From IMG/VR virus record IMGVR_UViG_3300045988_115582: a stretch of DNA of 58,613 nt; one strand, given 5' to 3'. The DNA comes from a virus. The position numbers and the translations under genes are program-made. Below, in pieces: positions 37,093 to 45,865 of the stretch; the first letter of the stretch is position 1, and every line of letters begins with the position of its first letter. The notes beneath the pieces are model-generated. The model had not been told where the DNA came from. It saw only the letters and a list, made by a program, of their open reading frames with translations, and ran no database searches.

Positions 37093-37894
37093 GTTACACG
37101 AAATACCACATTTTAACTCTTATGATGATATAAGAACTGAAATGCAAAACGATTTACAGTACAGGCTTGCGAATAGAACAGATAAAACATCTTTTGGCAG
37201 ACCTTTGTATTATCGAATAAATGTACAGTTGATATTAACGCAGGAATGCCCATATAATTGTCCGTTCTGCTTAGAGAGAAAGAACCCTATGCAGGGTGAA
37301 AATGATTTTACGGCACAAATCGAAGCACTTAAAAAGATACTGTCGGAACATCCGAACGCGAGACTTACAATTACAGGCGGCGAGCCGGGACTATATCCTA
37401 AGCATGTATCAGATATTGTTGATACATACAGACAGCATAGTAATAATGTGTTTTGCTCAATCAATACAACAGGATATTCAAAGAGTATTAACGGATTAGC
37501 ACATATCAACTTATCATATAACGATTATGTGCATAAAAACCCTGGTAATTTTCCTAACTGTACAGTTCAGACAGTAGTTGAAAATCCAACGATTGAATAT
37601 ATCAAAGATTTCATGCAAATGGAAGCTGATAATTTTTCATTCAGATTTTTAAGTGGTCTTGAAAAGAAAGATTATTCAGCGGAAATATGGAATGATTTAC
37701 AGAACGATGATGATATTGATATTCATACCTTTAGAATCGGTGATTTCTTTGCATATGCGACATTTGATTATATAGGAAAACATGCAAGATTGACATTGGG
37801 TGATATGTGGCAGCAGAGAAACAATGATTATAAGGATGGGTACTCGAACATTATTATTCATCCCGATGGAACTATTGGGACTAATTGGAGATAA
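37082..37894 (+). CDS. Radical SAM enzyme (single CxxxCxxC cluster, no SPASM domain)
   Basis: LTQECPYNCPFCLERK and LTITGGEPGLYP. Confidence 0.75.
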   Translation: MSSKLHEIPHFNSYDDIRTEMQNDLQYRLANRTDKTSFGRPLYYRINVQLILTQECPYNCPFCLERKNPMQGENDFTAQIEALKKILSEHPNARLTITGGEPGLYPKHVSDIVDTYRQHSNNVFCSINTTGYSKSINGLAHINLSYNDYVHKNPGNFPNCTVQTVVENPTIEYIKDFMQMEADNFSFRFLSGLEKKDYSAEIWNDLQNDDDIDIHTFRIGDFFAYATFDYIGKHARLTLGDMWQQRNNDYKDGYSNIIIHPDGTIGTNWR

Positions 37895-37912
37895 GAAAGT
37901 GGGTGGTTCAGA

Positions 37913-38092
37913 ATGAGCAACAATGCAAATATAGTAATAGCACAGGCTTTAATGATGAGAATTAAAGATTGTACAGAAAGAGCTTTGAATAAAAAAGATG
38001 TAACGCTTGATGTGGCTATGGCTGAAATACGCTGTACGGTTGACGCTTATGACGAATATTTTCAGACAGGCAGAAAACCAGCACATAACTAA
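37913..38092 (+). CDS. Small hypothetical protein (59 aa)
   Basis: ATG after GTGGGTGG. Below the track cutoff. Confidence 0.45.
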   Translation: MSNNANIVIAQALMMRIKDCTERALNKKDVTLDVAMAEIRCTVDAYDEYFQTGRKPAHN

Positions 38093-38155
38093 AAATTAAA
38101 GAAAGGAATAGGTTGTCCGGACATAAAACCGAGGTTTCCTTTTGGTAGAAGAAGT

Positions 38156-38554
38156 ATGGATTATTCTTGCAGCAGACAGATGGCTATATTTGATTTCTTA
38201 GAAGAAAAGAACAAAGCGGAAGAGTTTAACCCACTGAAAGCACTTGCTTTATGCGGTACAAGGGTTCGAGGTGGGATGAAAAGGATAAAAGATTATTTTC
38301 TTGAAAATCATAATTTGAGAGAAAAAGTTGCGTTTTTGAAAAACGAATACGGGACAGGCGGTTTCGGTTCACCAACCAAAAAACCTTGCTATATACATGG
38401 TATGTGTACGGCTACTTCACAGAAGTTGATTGAATATGAGTATTACGATGAAGATATGCAGGACATAAAGAAGTATTGCAGTTGGGTTGACTTAGCGAAT
38501 GTTATCACAGAAATGATTGAGCATAATGAGTATATTTACAGAGAGGGTGATTGA
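38156..38554 (+). CDS. Hypothetical protein
   Basis: 132 aa. Confidence 0.55.
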   Translation: MDYSCSRQMAIFDFLEEKNKAEEFNPLKALALCGTRVRGGMKRIKDYFLENHNLREKVAFLKNEYGTGGFGSPTKKPCYIHGMCTATSQKLIEYEYYDEDMQDIKKYCSWVDLANVITEMIEHNEYIYREGD

Positions 38555-38698
38555 ATGAAAGGGAGATTTCCTGAAACACTTATTAAAAGCGAATATAACA
38601 GGATGCCTGCTAATGTAGATTTGACGAAATATACATCTCCTAAAAAGTACGGCATTTATTTACAGGAGAAGAAACATAAGAGAAAAAGGAAGTGGTGA
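38555..38698 (+). CDS. Small basic protein (47 aa)
   Basis: The ATG abuts the upstream stop. C-terminus KKHKRKRKW. Confidence 0.4.
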   Translation: MKGRFPETLIKSEYNRMPANVDLTKYTSPKKYGIYLQEKKHKRKRKW

Positions 38699-38700
38699 TT

Positions 38701-39498
38701 ATGGCGATTTACAGAAATGTAAGGCTTTCGTTTTGGAGTGATAACAAGGTAATAGACGAGTTCACGCCCGAAGATAAGTATTTTTATTTGTATCTTTTAA
38801 CAAATCCTCAGACAAATTTATGCGGCTGCTATGAAATAAGCTACAAAAGTATGAGTGAGGACACCGGATATAACAAAGATACTTGTCTGAGATTATTAAA
38901 AAGATTTGATGAAGTACACAATGTTATCAAATTTAATGAAAGTACAAAAGAGATATTGATATTAAACTGGTATAAATACAACTGGAGTAGTTCCGCAAAA
39001 ACTATTACAGGAGTTATATTAGCGGCGAAGTACATAAAATGTGAGAAATTCAGAAACTATGTTTTAAATCTTGCAGAAAGTGTGAAGAATGGTAATAAAG
39101 AGCCAGTCCGATACCCCATACAAGCATCTGATACTGTTTCTGATTCTGTTACTGAAACTGTATCTGAAACTGATACTGCAAATAATAAAAAGAACAGAGC
39201 AGGAGAGGACATAAAGGAAATTGTTACTTATCTGAATAAAAAATGTGGTACACATTACAGATGTAACACAGCAAACACTAGAAAGCATATAACAGCGAGA
39301 TTTGCCGATGGCTACACCGTTTCAGACTTTATAACAGTGATTGATAAGAAAACTGCTGAATGGCAAGGTACTAAATTTGAATTGTATTTACGACCCGATA
39401 CTTTGTTCGGGAGTAAATTTGAAAGTTATCTAAATCAGCAGATTAAGCAGAAAGATGAAACATCGGATTTTTTAAGCAGTTGGGGGATAGGAAAATGA
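38701..39498 (+). CDS. Phage replisome organizer / replication initiation protein (with a conserved phage C-terminal domain)
   Basis: N-terminus RLSFWSD..FTPEDKYFYLYLLTNPQTNLCGCYEIS. C-terminus IVTYLNKKCGTHYR....HITARF.DGYTV.DF..VID.K...W.....YLRP.TLFG.KFE.YL. Confidence 0.7.
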   Translation: MAIYRNVRLSFWSDNKVIDEFTPEDKYFYLYLLTNPQTNLCGCYEISYKSMSEDTGYNKDTCLRLLKRFDEVHNVIKFNESTKEILILNWYKYNWSSSAKTITGVILAAKYIKCEKFRNYVLNLAESVKNGNKEPVRYPIQASDTVSDSVTETVSETDTANNKKNRAGEDIKEIVTYLNKKCGTHYRCNTANTRKHITARFADGYTVSDFITVIDKKTAEWQGTKFELYLRPDTLFGSKFESYLNQQIKQKDETSDFLSSWGIGK

Positions 39499-40148
39499 CA
39501 AAAGAAGAAGTTCAAATGTTACTTGCAATGACACAAGCGACATATCCTAATTACAACCCACCTGACAAGATGGCAGCAGTAAACGCATGGTTTTTATGCT
39601 TGGGTGAGTATGATAATAATGTTGTGATGGCGGCATTTAAAGCGTATATGACTACTAATACAAGTGGCTTTGCACCTGCCCCAGGGCAACTTATAGAAAT
39701 ATTACAGACACTGACACAACCACAGGAGCTTAATGAATTGGAAGCGTGGTCGATAGTCAGAAAAGCGTTAAGAAATTGTGGTTACAATTCTGAACAGGAG
39801 TTTGCAAAGTTGCCGACAGTAGTACAAAAAGCTGTCGGAACACCACAGCAGTTAAAGATTTGGGCTTGTGATAGTGAATTTAATGAAAATGTTGTGAGCA
39901 GTAATTTTATAAAAACATATAGAACAGAAGTCAAGCGAGCAACGGAGTTAAACAAGATGCCGAGTGATGTAAAAAAACTTATAGAAATGGTAAACACAAA
40001 TTCTGTATCGGCTCAAATAGCAAGTGAAAACAAAAAGGCTATATCTTTATCACTCGAAGATAAAAAAGCCGAGGAAACAGGCAAAATGGGAGTTAGAAAC
40101 AGTGTTCCTATGCCTGAGAAATATAAAAAAGAATTTGGCATTGAATAA
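39495..40148 (+). CDS. Helicase loader (G40P loader/inhibitor-like)
   Basis: YPNYNPPDKMAAVNAWFLCLGEYDNNVVMAAFKAYM...FAPAPGQLIE. Follows the replisome organizer. Confidence 0.6.
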   Translation: MTKEEVQMLLAMTQATYPNYNPPDKMAAVNAWFLCLGEYDNNVVMAAFKAYMTTNTSGFAPAPGQLIEILQTLTQPQELNELEAWSIVRKALRNCGYNSEQEFAKLPTVVQKAVGTPQQLKIWACDSEFNENVVSSNFIKTYRTEVKRATELNKMPSDVKKLIEMVNTNSVSAQIASENKKAISLSLEDKKAEETGKMGVRNSVPMPEKYKKEFGIE

Positions 40149-40174
40149 TGGGTTTTAAGGAAAGGAGAATTAAA

Positions 40175-40510
40175 ATGAAGAAATCTGAACCTAAAATGAT
40201 TTTAAATATATCACTTGAAAGTGAAGAAATTGAAGAAAAAGTCAAGATTGCTATGGATAAATATGTAGAAAAAGTTATCTATAAAAATCTTGATGAAGAA
40301 ATTACAAAAATCGTTGACAGGAGAATTGAAAGGCTTGTGTCTGCTTCAACCTGGAGTAGCGACAGAAAAATACAGGGGGTTTCATTTGAGCAGTTCGTAA
40401 AGGACAGAACCGAAAAAGCTATCGGCGATTTTGTAGCGATGAATATTAAAGAAATACTTGCTAAAAGGTTCGCTGAAATTATGACAGACAAGAGCTTTGA
40501 CAATAATTAA
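40175..40510 (+). CDS. Hypothetical protein
   Basis: The start is moved to the ATG after AAGGAAAGGAG. Confidence 0.55.
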   Translation: MKKSEPKMILNISLESEEIEEKVKIAMDKYVEKVIYKNLDEEITKIVDRRIERLVSASTWSSDRKIQGVSFEQFVKDRTEKAIGDFVAMNIKEILAKRFAEIMTDKSFDNN

Positions 40511-40528
40511 AGGCAGAAAGGAGCAGTA

Positions 40529-41017
40529 ATGGATATTGATACTTTTATAGAACATACAAAAGAAAAAGCAAGAGAAAAAGCAAGCGACTATAGATACCAT
40601 GCGTATTTCTTTGAGAGTGATAATCATCTGAATGCAGCTTGTATTAAAGCCGCAAAAGACCATGAGCAGTTAGCTGAGTGGCTTGAAAAAATCAAAGAGT
40701 ATCAGCAGTTGGAGGAACAGGGTAGACTTATCAAGTTGCCTTGCAAGGTGGGAGATACGGTATGGGTAGTTACTTCTCCGTTTAATGTGTTTGACGACAT
40801 TGAATATGATGAGAATATGAGAGATGAAGTCTATGAATCTTATGTTTCTAGTGTATCATTTTATGAATGCGGAGAACAATATAGAATTTATGCTAAAGCA
40901 ACAAATCATTTTATCGGAGCTTATTTTAGAAAATGTGATTTTGGCAAAACAGTATTCTTCACAAGATCCGAAGCAGAAGCAAAACTGAAAGAAGAATTGA
41001 GAGGTAGAAAAAAATGA
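40529..41017 (+). CDS. Hypothetical protein
   Basis: 162 aa. RBS AGGAG. Confidence 0.6.
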   Translation: MDIDTFIEHTKEKAREKASDYRYHAYFFESDNHLNAACIKAAKDHEQLAEWLEKIKEYQQLEEQGRLIKLPCKVGDTVWVVTSPFNVFDDIEYDENMRDEVYESYVSSVSFYECGEQYRIYAKATNHFIGAYFRKCDFGKTVFFTRSEAEAKLKEELRGRKK

Positions 41018-41592
41018 TTGTAAAAGAATATATGTTATCAAAGGAAGAATTGAAACATGATTTCCCTATCGGCTCAAAGCATATCATTGACGGAAAAGAG
41101 GTAGTGGTTGCAGAAATTCACGACCCTATGACAGCTAATTGTATGGCTTCATATCCAATGGTATTTTTTGCAGAAGTGGCAAGCATACAGAACTATGAAA
41201 CTAGCCACACTTGCAACTGTCAGCACAACAGCAATTCAAGAGATAATGAGCCTTGTTGCAGATGTGACAGCGTAATAGCAAATATAAATAAGGCTAAGGT
41301 AGATAGCTTAGAAATAATCGCACAAATGCTAGATGATAAGCCTTATTATGAATTGAAGTACAGACTGGTTGACAAAAACGATTATTCTATCGGGTATAGT
41401 TCTTACGATTTAAAAATTGTATTAGGTTACATTGACGAATATTTTGAAATTGAGGAAAACGATAGACAGACCAATGCCGACAGGATAAGGAATATGTCGG
41501 ATGAAGAGTTAGCGGAGCTTATGCAGAAATTGGAATACACTTGCTTGGTAGCTTTTATAGGATATGAAGATAAAGGCAGGTGGCGAGAATGA
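41014..41592 (+). CDS. Hypothetical protein
   Basis: 192 aa. Confidence 0.6.
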   Translation: MIVKEYMLSKEELKHDFPIGSKHIIDGKEVVVAEIHDPMTANCMASYPMVFFAEVASIQNYETSHTCNCQHNSNSRDNEPCCRCDSVIANINKAKVDSLEIIAQMLDDKPYYELKYRLVDKNDYSIGYSSYDLKIVLGYIDEYFEIEENDRQTNADRIRNMSDEELAELMQKLEYTCLVAFIGYEDKGRWRE

Positions 41593-42086
41593 CGCTTGAA
41601 TGTAAAAACTGTTCTATGCATGAACAATGTATTTGCGAAGCAAGTGCAGACGAATGTGAAATCAGAAAGCAGTCTTATAACAAGGCTGTTGATGATTTTT
41701 ATAACAAAATTATTGAAGCATACGAAGAAATGAAAAATATTCCACAGATGGAGAAAGAAACAGTACATACAATAGCATTAGGAATAATGGAGCAGTTAAA
41801 AAATAAATATTTAGCGAGGCGATTTCAAATGAAGAATATAAGTCTTTTAACAAATATTTTAATGGATATCATGGAATCTGAGGGCTTGGAATTTGAAAGA
41901 ATAAATATTGATGATGGTGCAACAGAAGAAGCAGAGGTTCATTATCACATTAAATGTCCTTATCTTGTCGGAGATGAAAGAGCCTTATGTCATGGATGTA
42001 AACTCAGTGATAAACTCAGTGATGTCGGAAGAGATTTATGTGTTAAGTGTAAATTTCAATGGTTATTGGATGAAGTAGACAAATAA
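41589..42086 (+). CDS. Cys-rich hypothetical protein
   Basis: CKNCSMHEQCICE at the N-terminus and CHGC...CVKC at the C-terminus. Confidence 0.55.
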   Translation: MTLECKNCSMHEQCICEASADECEIRKQSYNKAVDDFYNKIIEAYEEMKNIPQMEKETVHTIALGIMEQLKNKYLARRFQMKNISLLTNILMDIMESEGLEFERINIDDGATEEAEVHYHIKCPYLVGDERALCHGCKLSDKLSDVGRDLCVKCKFQWLLDEVDK

Positions 42087-42122
42087 TAACGATAAACTGA
42101 AATTAAGAAAGGAGTAAGAGTT

Positions 42123-42803
42123 TTGTGCACAGTAAAAACCGGTTTTACTCCAAAAAAAGAAATTATGTCAGAAAGTACATATTACAGAAGAAAAAGTCAG
42201 GGAATATGCGTAAGATGCGGTAAAAAACCAGCGAGAGACGGGAAATGTATGTGTGTTGAATGTGCTGAGGCTTCAAAGGAATACACAAACAAAAGTAGGG
42301 AATTTTTCAGAAAACAAGGGTTATGCCCTCGATGCGGCAAAAATAAATTATTTGGTGATGAAAAAAATTGTCCGGAGTGCCTTGCAAAATGTGTAAAAGT
42401 GACTTTGAAATCGGATGCCAAGAGAATTGACAAAGTTAAAAGTTACAGAAAAGAATATTATCAAAGAAAAAAGAAGCAACTTGAGGAAGATCATCTTTGT
42501 GAGGATTGTTGGAAAAGACGAAGAGTAGACGGGCATATATATTGCAGCATTTGTCTTGCTAAGCGGAGAGAAAGGAAAAAGCAAAAAGAAAGAGAAAAAA
42601 GGCAGGACTTCTTAGAAAGAAGTGAAAGACCGGCTTATGGGCTTTGCTATTGCTGTGGAAAGCAACTTGATAGAGATGGCAAGCTTTGCAAAGTTTGTGC
42701 TGAAAGAGTAAACCGGAATTTGCCGGAGAAAAGAGGTGGCAATTATTACTGGCGGCTTGACAATCAAATTGCTTTTAATAAAAAGGGGGCGGTAAAATGC
42801 TAA
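42123..42803 (+). CDS. Protein with four tandem zinc-ribbon modules
   Basis: CVRCGKK..DGKCMCVEC, CPRCGKN..EKNCPEC, CEDCWKR..DGHIYCSIC and CYCCGKQ..DGKLCKVC, each followed by a basic helix. Confidence 0.6.
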   Translation: MCTVKTGFTPKKEIMSESTYYRRKSQGICVRCGKKPARDGKCMCVECAEASKEYTNKSREFFRKQGLCPRCGKNKLFGDEKNCPECLAKCVKVTLKSDAKRIDKVKSYRKEYYQRKKKQLEEDHLCEDCWKRRRVDGHIYCSICLAKRRERKKQKEREKRQDFLERSERPAYGLCYCCGKQLDRDGKLCKVCAERVNRNLPEKRGGNYYWRLDNQIAFNKKGAVKC

Positions 42804-42991
42804 AATTTGAAAGTGAATGTGTTGACTGCCCCAGCGAAATAGGTTGCCTTGGGGATAGTTGCCCGAAACGCAATATACCTCACCTTATATGCGATTGTTG
42901 TGGTGAAGATGTAGAAGACTTGTACGGATATGACGGAGAGCAGTTGTGTAAAGACTGTTTGCTTGATGCAGTACCAAAAGTAGAAATATAG
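42797..42991 (+). CDS. Small zinc-binding protein
   Basis: 64 aa with several CxxC-type pairs. Confidence 0.55.
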   Translation: MLKFESECVDCPSEIGCLGDSCPKRNIPHLICDCCGEDVEDLYGYDGEQLCKDCLLDAVPKVEI

Positions 42992-43002
42992 GAGTTTGGC
43001 TT

Positions 43003-43227
43003 ATGAAGTTTTCAGAACTGACTAAGCCGGAGCTTGATATTATTTTAGAAAACGCCAATTTTACAGAGGAAGAAGAAGAAATATTCAAATTACTTTCAAG
43101 AGGAAAAAGCATAATCGAAATTGCTGAACATATAATGATATGTGAGCGTACTGTTAATAGAAAAGTACTAAAAATTAAAAACAAGATTGGCAAATTGGAG
43201 GGTTTAAATGGTAAAGATAACTGTTGA
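43003..43227 (+). CDS. Sigma-70 region-4 / LuxR-type HTH regulator (candidate late activator)
   Basis: FKLLSRGKSIIEIAEHIMICERTVNRKVLKIKNKI. Confidence 0.6.
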   Translation: MKFSELTKPELDIILENANFTEEEEEIFKLLSRGKSIIEIAEHIMICERTVNRKVLKIKNKIGKLEGLNGKDNC

Positions 43228-43303
43228 TGGTAAAGAAGTAAAAGCAGAAGATATAAAACTTTCTGCTGATGTTGTGAAAGTCATATCATCATGTCTTGAT
43301 TGA
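43208..43303 (+). CDS. Small ORF (31 aa)
   Basis: The ATG lies within the end of the upstream gene. Weak call. Confidence 0.3.
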   Translation: MVKITVDGKEVKAEDIKLSADVVKVISSCLD

Positions 43304-43323
43304 CATTAAGGTAAAAAGAGGTT

Positions 43324-43366
43324 AGAATGTGTCGTAAAGTACGATAAATACGGCACATTCTTTTTA
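43324..43366 (+). terminator. Rho-independent terminator ending the early operon
   Basis: 11-bp stem AGAATGTGTCG/CGGCACATTCT followed by TTTTT. Confidence 0.75.
43335..43353. repeat. Left copy of the inverted repeat flanking the integrase gene
   Basis: TAAAGTACGATAAATACGG. Its reverse complement matches 44791-44809 at 17/19 positions, including 13 contiguous. Confidence 0.75.
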
Positions 43367-43384
43367 TATAAAGGGGGATTTAAG

Positions 43385-44746
43385 ATGGAATGTGTTGCGT
43401 ATATGAGAGTATCAACAGAAAAGCAGGTTGAAGAAGGCTATGGACTTGAAAGTCAGCAAAGAGACATCAAAGAGTATTGCCAAAAAAATAATATGATAAT
43501 ATCTCACTGGTATATTGATGCTGGTCTGACTGGTATGGAGATGAGTAAAAGAGTTGCATTACAAGAACTTATTTCTGATTTAAAGAAGATAGATAAAGTG
43601 GTTATCTATAAGCTTGATAGACTTTCGAGAGATAGTGTTGATGCTTTAAATATGATTGAAAAAATATTCGTGCCTAGAAACGTAGAAGTGTTAAGTGTGC
43701 ATGATTTTGCAAAATATAAAACGCCACAGGATAAATTTCAAACTCAAATTATGGCAGCAGTAGCGGAGTATGACAGAAACACTATGTTACTCCGTATGCG
43801 TGGCGGTATGTTGGAAAGAATAAAACAAGGCTACTGGCCGGGTGGAGGCAATACACCTTATTGCTATTCTTATAGTAAAGAGACAGGAACACTTGTGCCG
43901 ATACCGGGAAGAAAAAAACAAGCAAATGAAGCAATAGACTTGTTTTTACAAGGCTATTCAGATAACAAAATTCGTGATATGTTAGGCTTCAAAAGTGAAT
44001 TTGTTGTAAGACATATACTTACAAGTAAGGTCAATATAGGCTATATACCATATAAGGGCAAAATTTACAAAGGTAAACATGAGCCGATTTTTGAACTTGA
44101 TAAATTTAATTTAGCGCAGGAAGTTAGAAAAAATCGAAGAAAAAAGAAAACGACTTGTATAAGCAAAGAGCCAAATTTACTTACTGGATTATGCTATTGT
44201 GGTGTTTGCGGATGCGCCATGCGTTATCAAAAATGGACACATGGAAAGCATAAGATATATTGTATGTCTCGAAACAAGTCTATGAATTATCTTCCTAATT
44301 ATAATGCTGATTGTAATAACTCTCTTGAATGGGCTGTTGATATTGAAAAACAAGTTGAAGAAGAAATAATTAAAATATCATTGAATTTGTCATCAGAAAA
44401 GCCAGTTGCAAAACAAAGTAAAATCGAAATTTTACAGTCGCAGATAAAAAAAGAAGAAAACCGCAGAAAAAGATTGTTTAATTTGTATGCCGACGGAAAC
44501 GATGATGTATTGGTGAGTATAAAAGAAATCAACAATACAATTAAGGATTTGGAAGAACAGCTTGAAAATGAAATATCAAATGCCAATATAAATAAGAAGA
44601 AAAGCATTACCTATAAAAACATAAAAAAAATTGCCGATGTTTGGGACAGCATCGACAAAAGAGATAAAAACACTATACTCAAGAGTATAATTGATAAGAT
44701 TGTTATAGTCAATGGAAACATAGAAATACAATTGAAGAATTTTTAG
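43385..44746 (+). CDS. int: Large serine recombinase (phage integrase)
   Basis: Resolvase-type N-terminus AYMRVSTEKQ...YKLDRLSRD, a recombinase domain, a Zn ribbon CYCGVCGC and a coiled-coil C-terminus. Confidence 0.85.
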   Translation: MECVAYMRVSTEKQVEEGYGLESQQRDIKEYCQKNNMIISHWYIDAGLTGMEMSKRVALQELISDLKKIDKVVIYKLDRLSRDSVDALNMIEKIFVPRNVEVLSVHDFAKYKTPQDKFQTQIMAAVAEYDRNTMLLRMRGGMLERIKQGYWPGGGNTPYCYSYSKETGTLVPIPGRKKQANEAIDLFLQGYSDNKIRDMLGFKSEFVVRHILTSKVNIGYIPYKGKIYKGKHEPIFELDKFNLAQEVRKNRRKKKTTCISKEPNLLTGLCYCGVCGCAMRYQKWTHGKHKIYCMSRNKSMNYLPNYNADCNNSLEWAVDIEKQVEEEIIKISLNLSSEKPVAKQSKIEILQSQIKKEENRRKRLFNLYADGNDDVLVSIKEINNTIKDLEEQLENEISNANINKKKSITYKNIKKIADVWDSIDKRDKNTILKSIIDKIVIVNGNIEIQLKNF

Positions 44747-44787
44747 CACTTACTATATGCTGTTCCGATGGCATTAAGTTAGTGCTA
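44744..44787. other. Imperfect 44-bp dyad immediately after int (candidate attP core)
   Basis: TAGCACTTACTATATGC-N10-GCATTAAGTTAGTGCTA. No T-run follows, so it is not a terminator. Confidence 0.3.
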
Positions 44788-44790
44788 ATA

Positions 44791-44809
44791 CCGTGTTTAT
44801 CGTACTTTT
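44791..44809. repeat. Right copy of the inverted repeat flanking the integrase gene
   Basis: CCGTGTTTATCGTACTTTT, compared with the reverse complement of 43335-53. Confidence 0.75.
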
Positions 44810-44826
44810 TACAATTAAATAAAATC

Positions 44827-44870
44827 AAACTGTCGTTTTTGTGTCGTTAAACTGTCGTTTTTCTGTCGCT
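44827..44870 (+). repeat. Two tandem 22-bp direct repeats
   Basis: AAACTGTCGTTTTTGTGTCGTT and AAACTGTCGTTTTTCTGTCGCT (20/22 identical). Confidence 0.85.
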
Positions 44871-45041
44871 TTAAGCGGCTTTTTTTATGTGAAAATAAAA
44901 TTACAAAAAGGAGAGTGATTGAAGTGTACGACGAAGATTTAAGAGAGCGATTACTCTCGCGTGAACAGATACAAAAATTAGACTTAGTAACTCAAACAAT
45001 ATTGTTTAGCGTTATTGAGGATGTATTAGAGGAGAGAGAAC

Positions 45042-45566
45042 ATGATAAACAATCCTTATCAACAGCAAATGATGACTTATACTCCGGGTTATAACGCATA
45101 TCCATATAATCCGATGCAAAGATTTCAAGAACAGCAGTTGCCGCAACAGCCAGTTCAACAAGTACCACAACAGCAGAATTTACAGATACAAGCAGGGATA
45201 AATGGCAGAATGGTAGCGGCAGTTGAACAAATTGCGGCTAATGATGTTCCAATGGACGGCAGTGTGGCATTTTTTCCTAAACAGGATTTAACAGAAATAT
45301 ATGCAAAGCAATGGGGTGCAGATGGTTCAATAAAAACAGTCGTGTATAAGCCTTATACAGAGCCTAAAAACAGTCAAGGCATGAATAATACAGAAAATAT
45401 CGAAAACTTGAAAATTGACCTATCGGACGAAAGTACAGCGGTATTTATGCAAAAGTTTGATGAGATTTTTAATAAATTTGACGAGTTGGAAAACAAGATG
45501 TGTAAAACTTCGACTTCTCAAAGAAAAACTTCGACTTTAAAAAAGGAGGGCGGCGTAAATGAATAA
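45042..45566 (+). CDS. Q/P-rich N-terminal low-complexity protein
   Basis: 174 aa. QQQMMTYTPGYNAYPYNPMQRFQEQQLPQQPVQQVPQQQ. RBS GGAG. Confidence 0.6.
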   Translation: MINNPYQQQMMTYTPGYNAYPYNPMQRFQEQQLPQQPVQQVPQQQNLQIQAGINGRMVAAVEQIAANDVPMDGSVAFFPKQDLTEIYAKQWGADGSIKTVVYKPYTEPKNSQGMNNTENIENLKIDLSDESTAVFMQKFDEIFNKFDELENKMCKTSTSQRKTSTLKKEGGVNE

Positions 45567-45789
45567 TCAGATTATGCAGATGTTAAATCAGATTAAAAAT
45601 ATAAAAAATCCAAAAGAAGCCGCTATGAAAACATTAGAGCAAGCGGCAAATCAAGGAAATCCAATGGCAAAAAATATGTTGCAAAAAATAAACAGTGGCG
45701 ACATGAATGGAGCACAGCAAATTCTTGGTAATTTTATGAATGAACAGGGATTGAATATACAGGAAATTCAAAAACAAATTCAAAAATAG
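45559..45789 (+). CDS. Small helical Q/N-rich protein
   Basis: 76 aa. RBS GGAGGG. Confidence 0.6.
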   Translation: MNNQIMQMLNQIKNIKNPKEAAMKTLEQAANQGNPMAKNMLQKINSGDMNGAQQILGNFMNEQGLNIQEIQKQIQK

Positions 45790-45865
45790 TACATATTAGG
45801 GTTTTGTCCGGACAATAAAAACCAGTTCCCTATTTTGTAAATAAATCAAATGGAGGTAAACTAAT

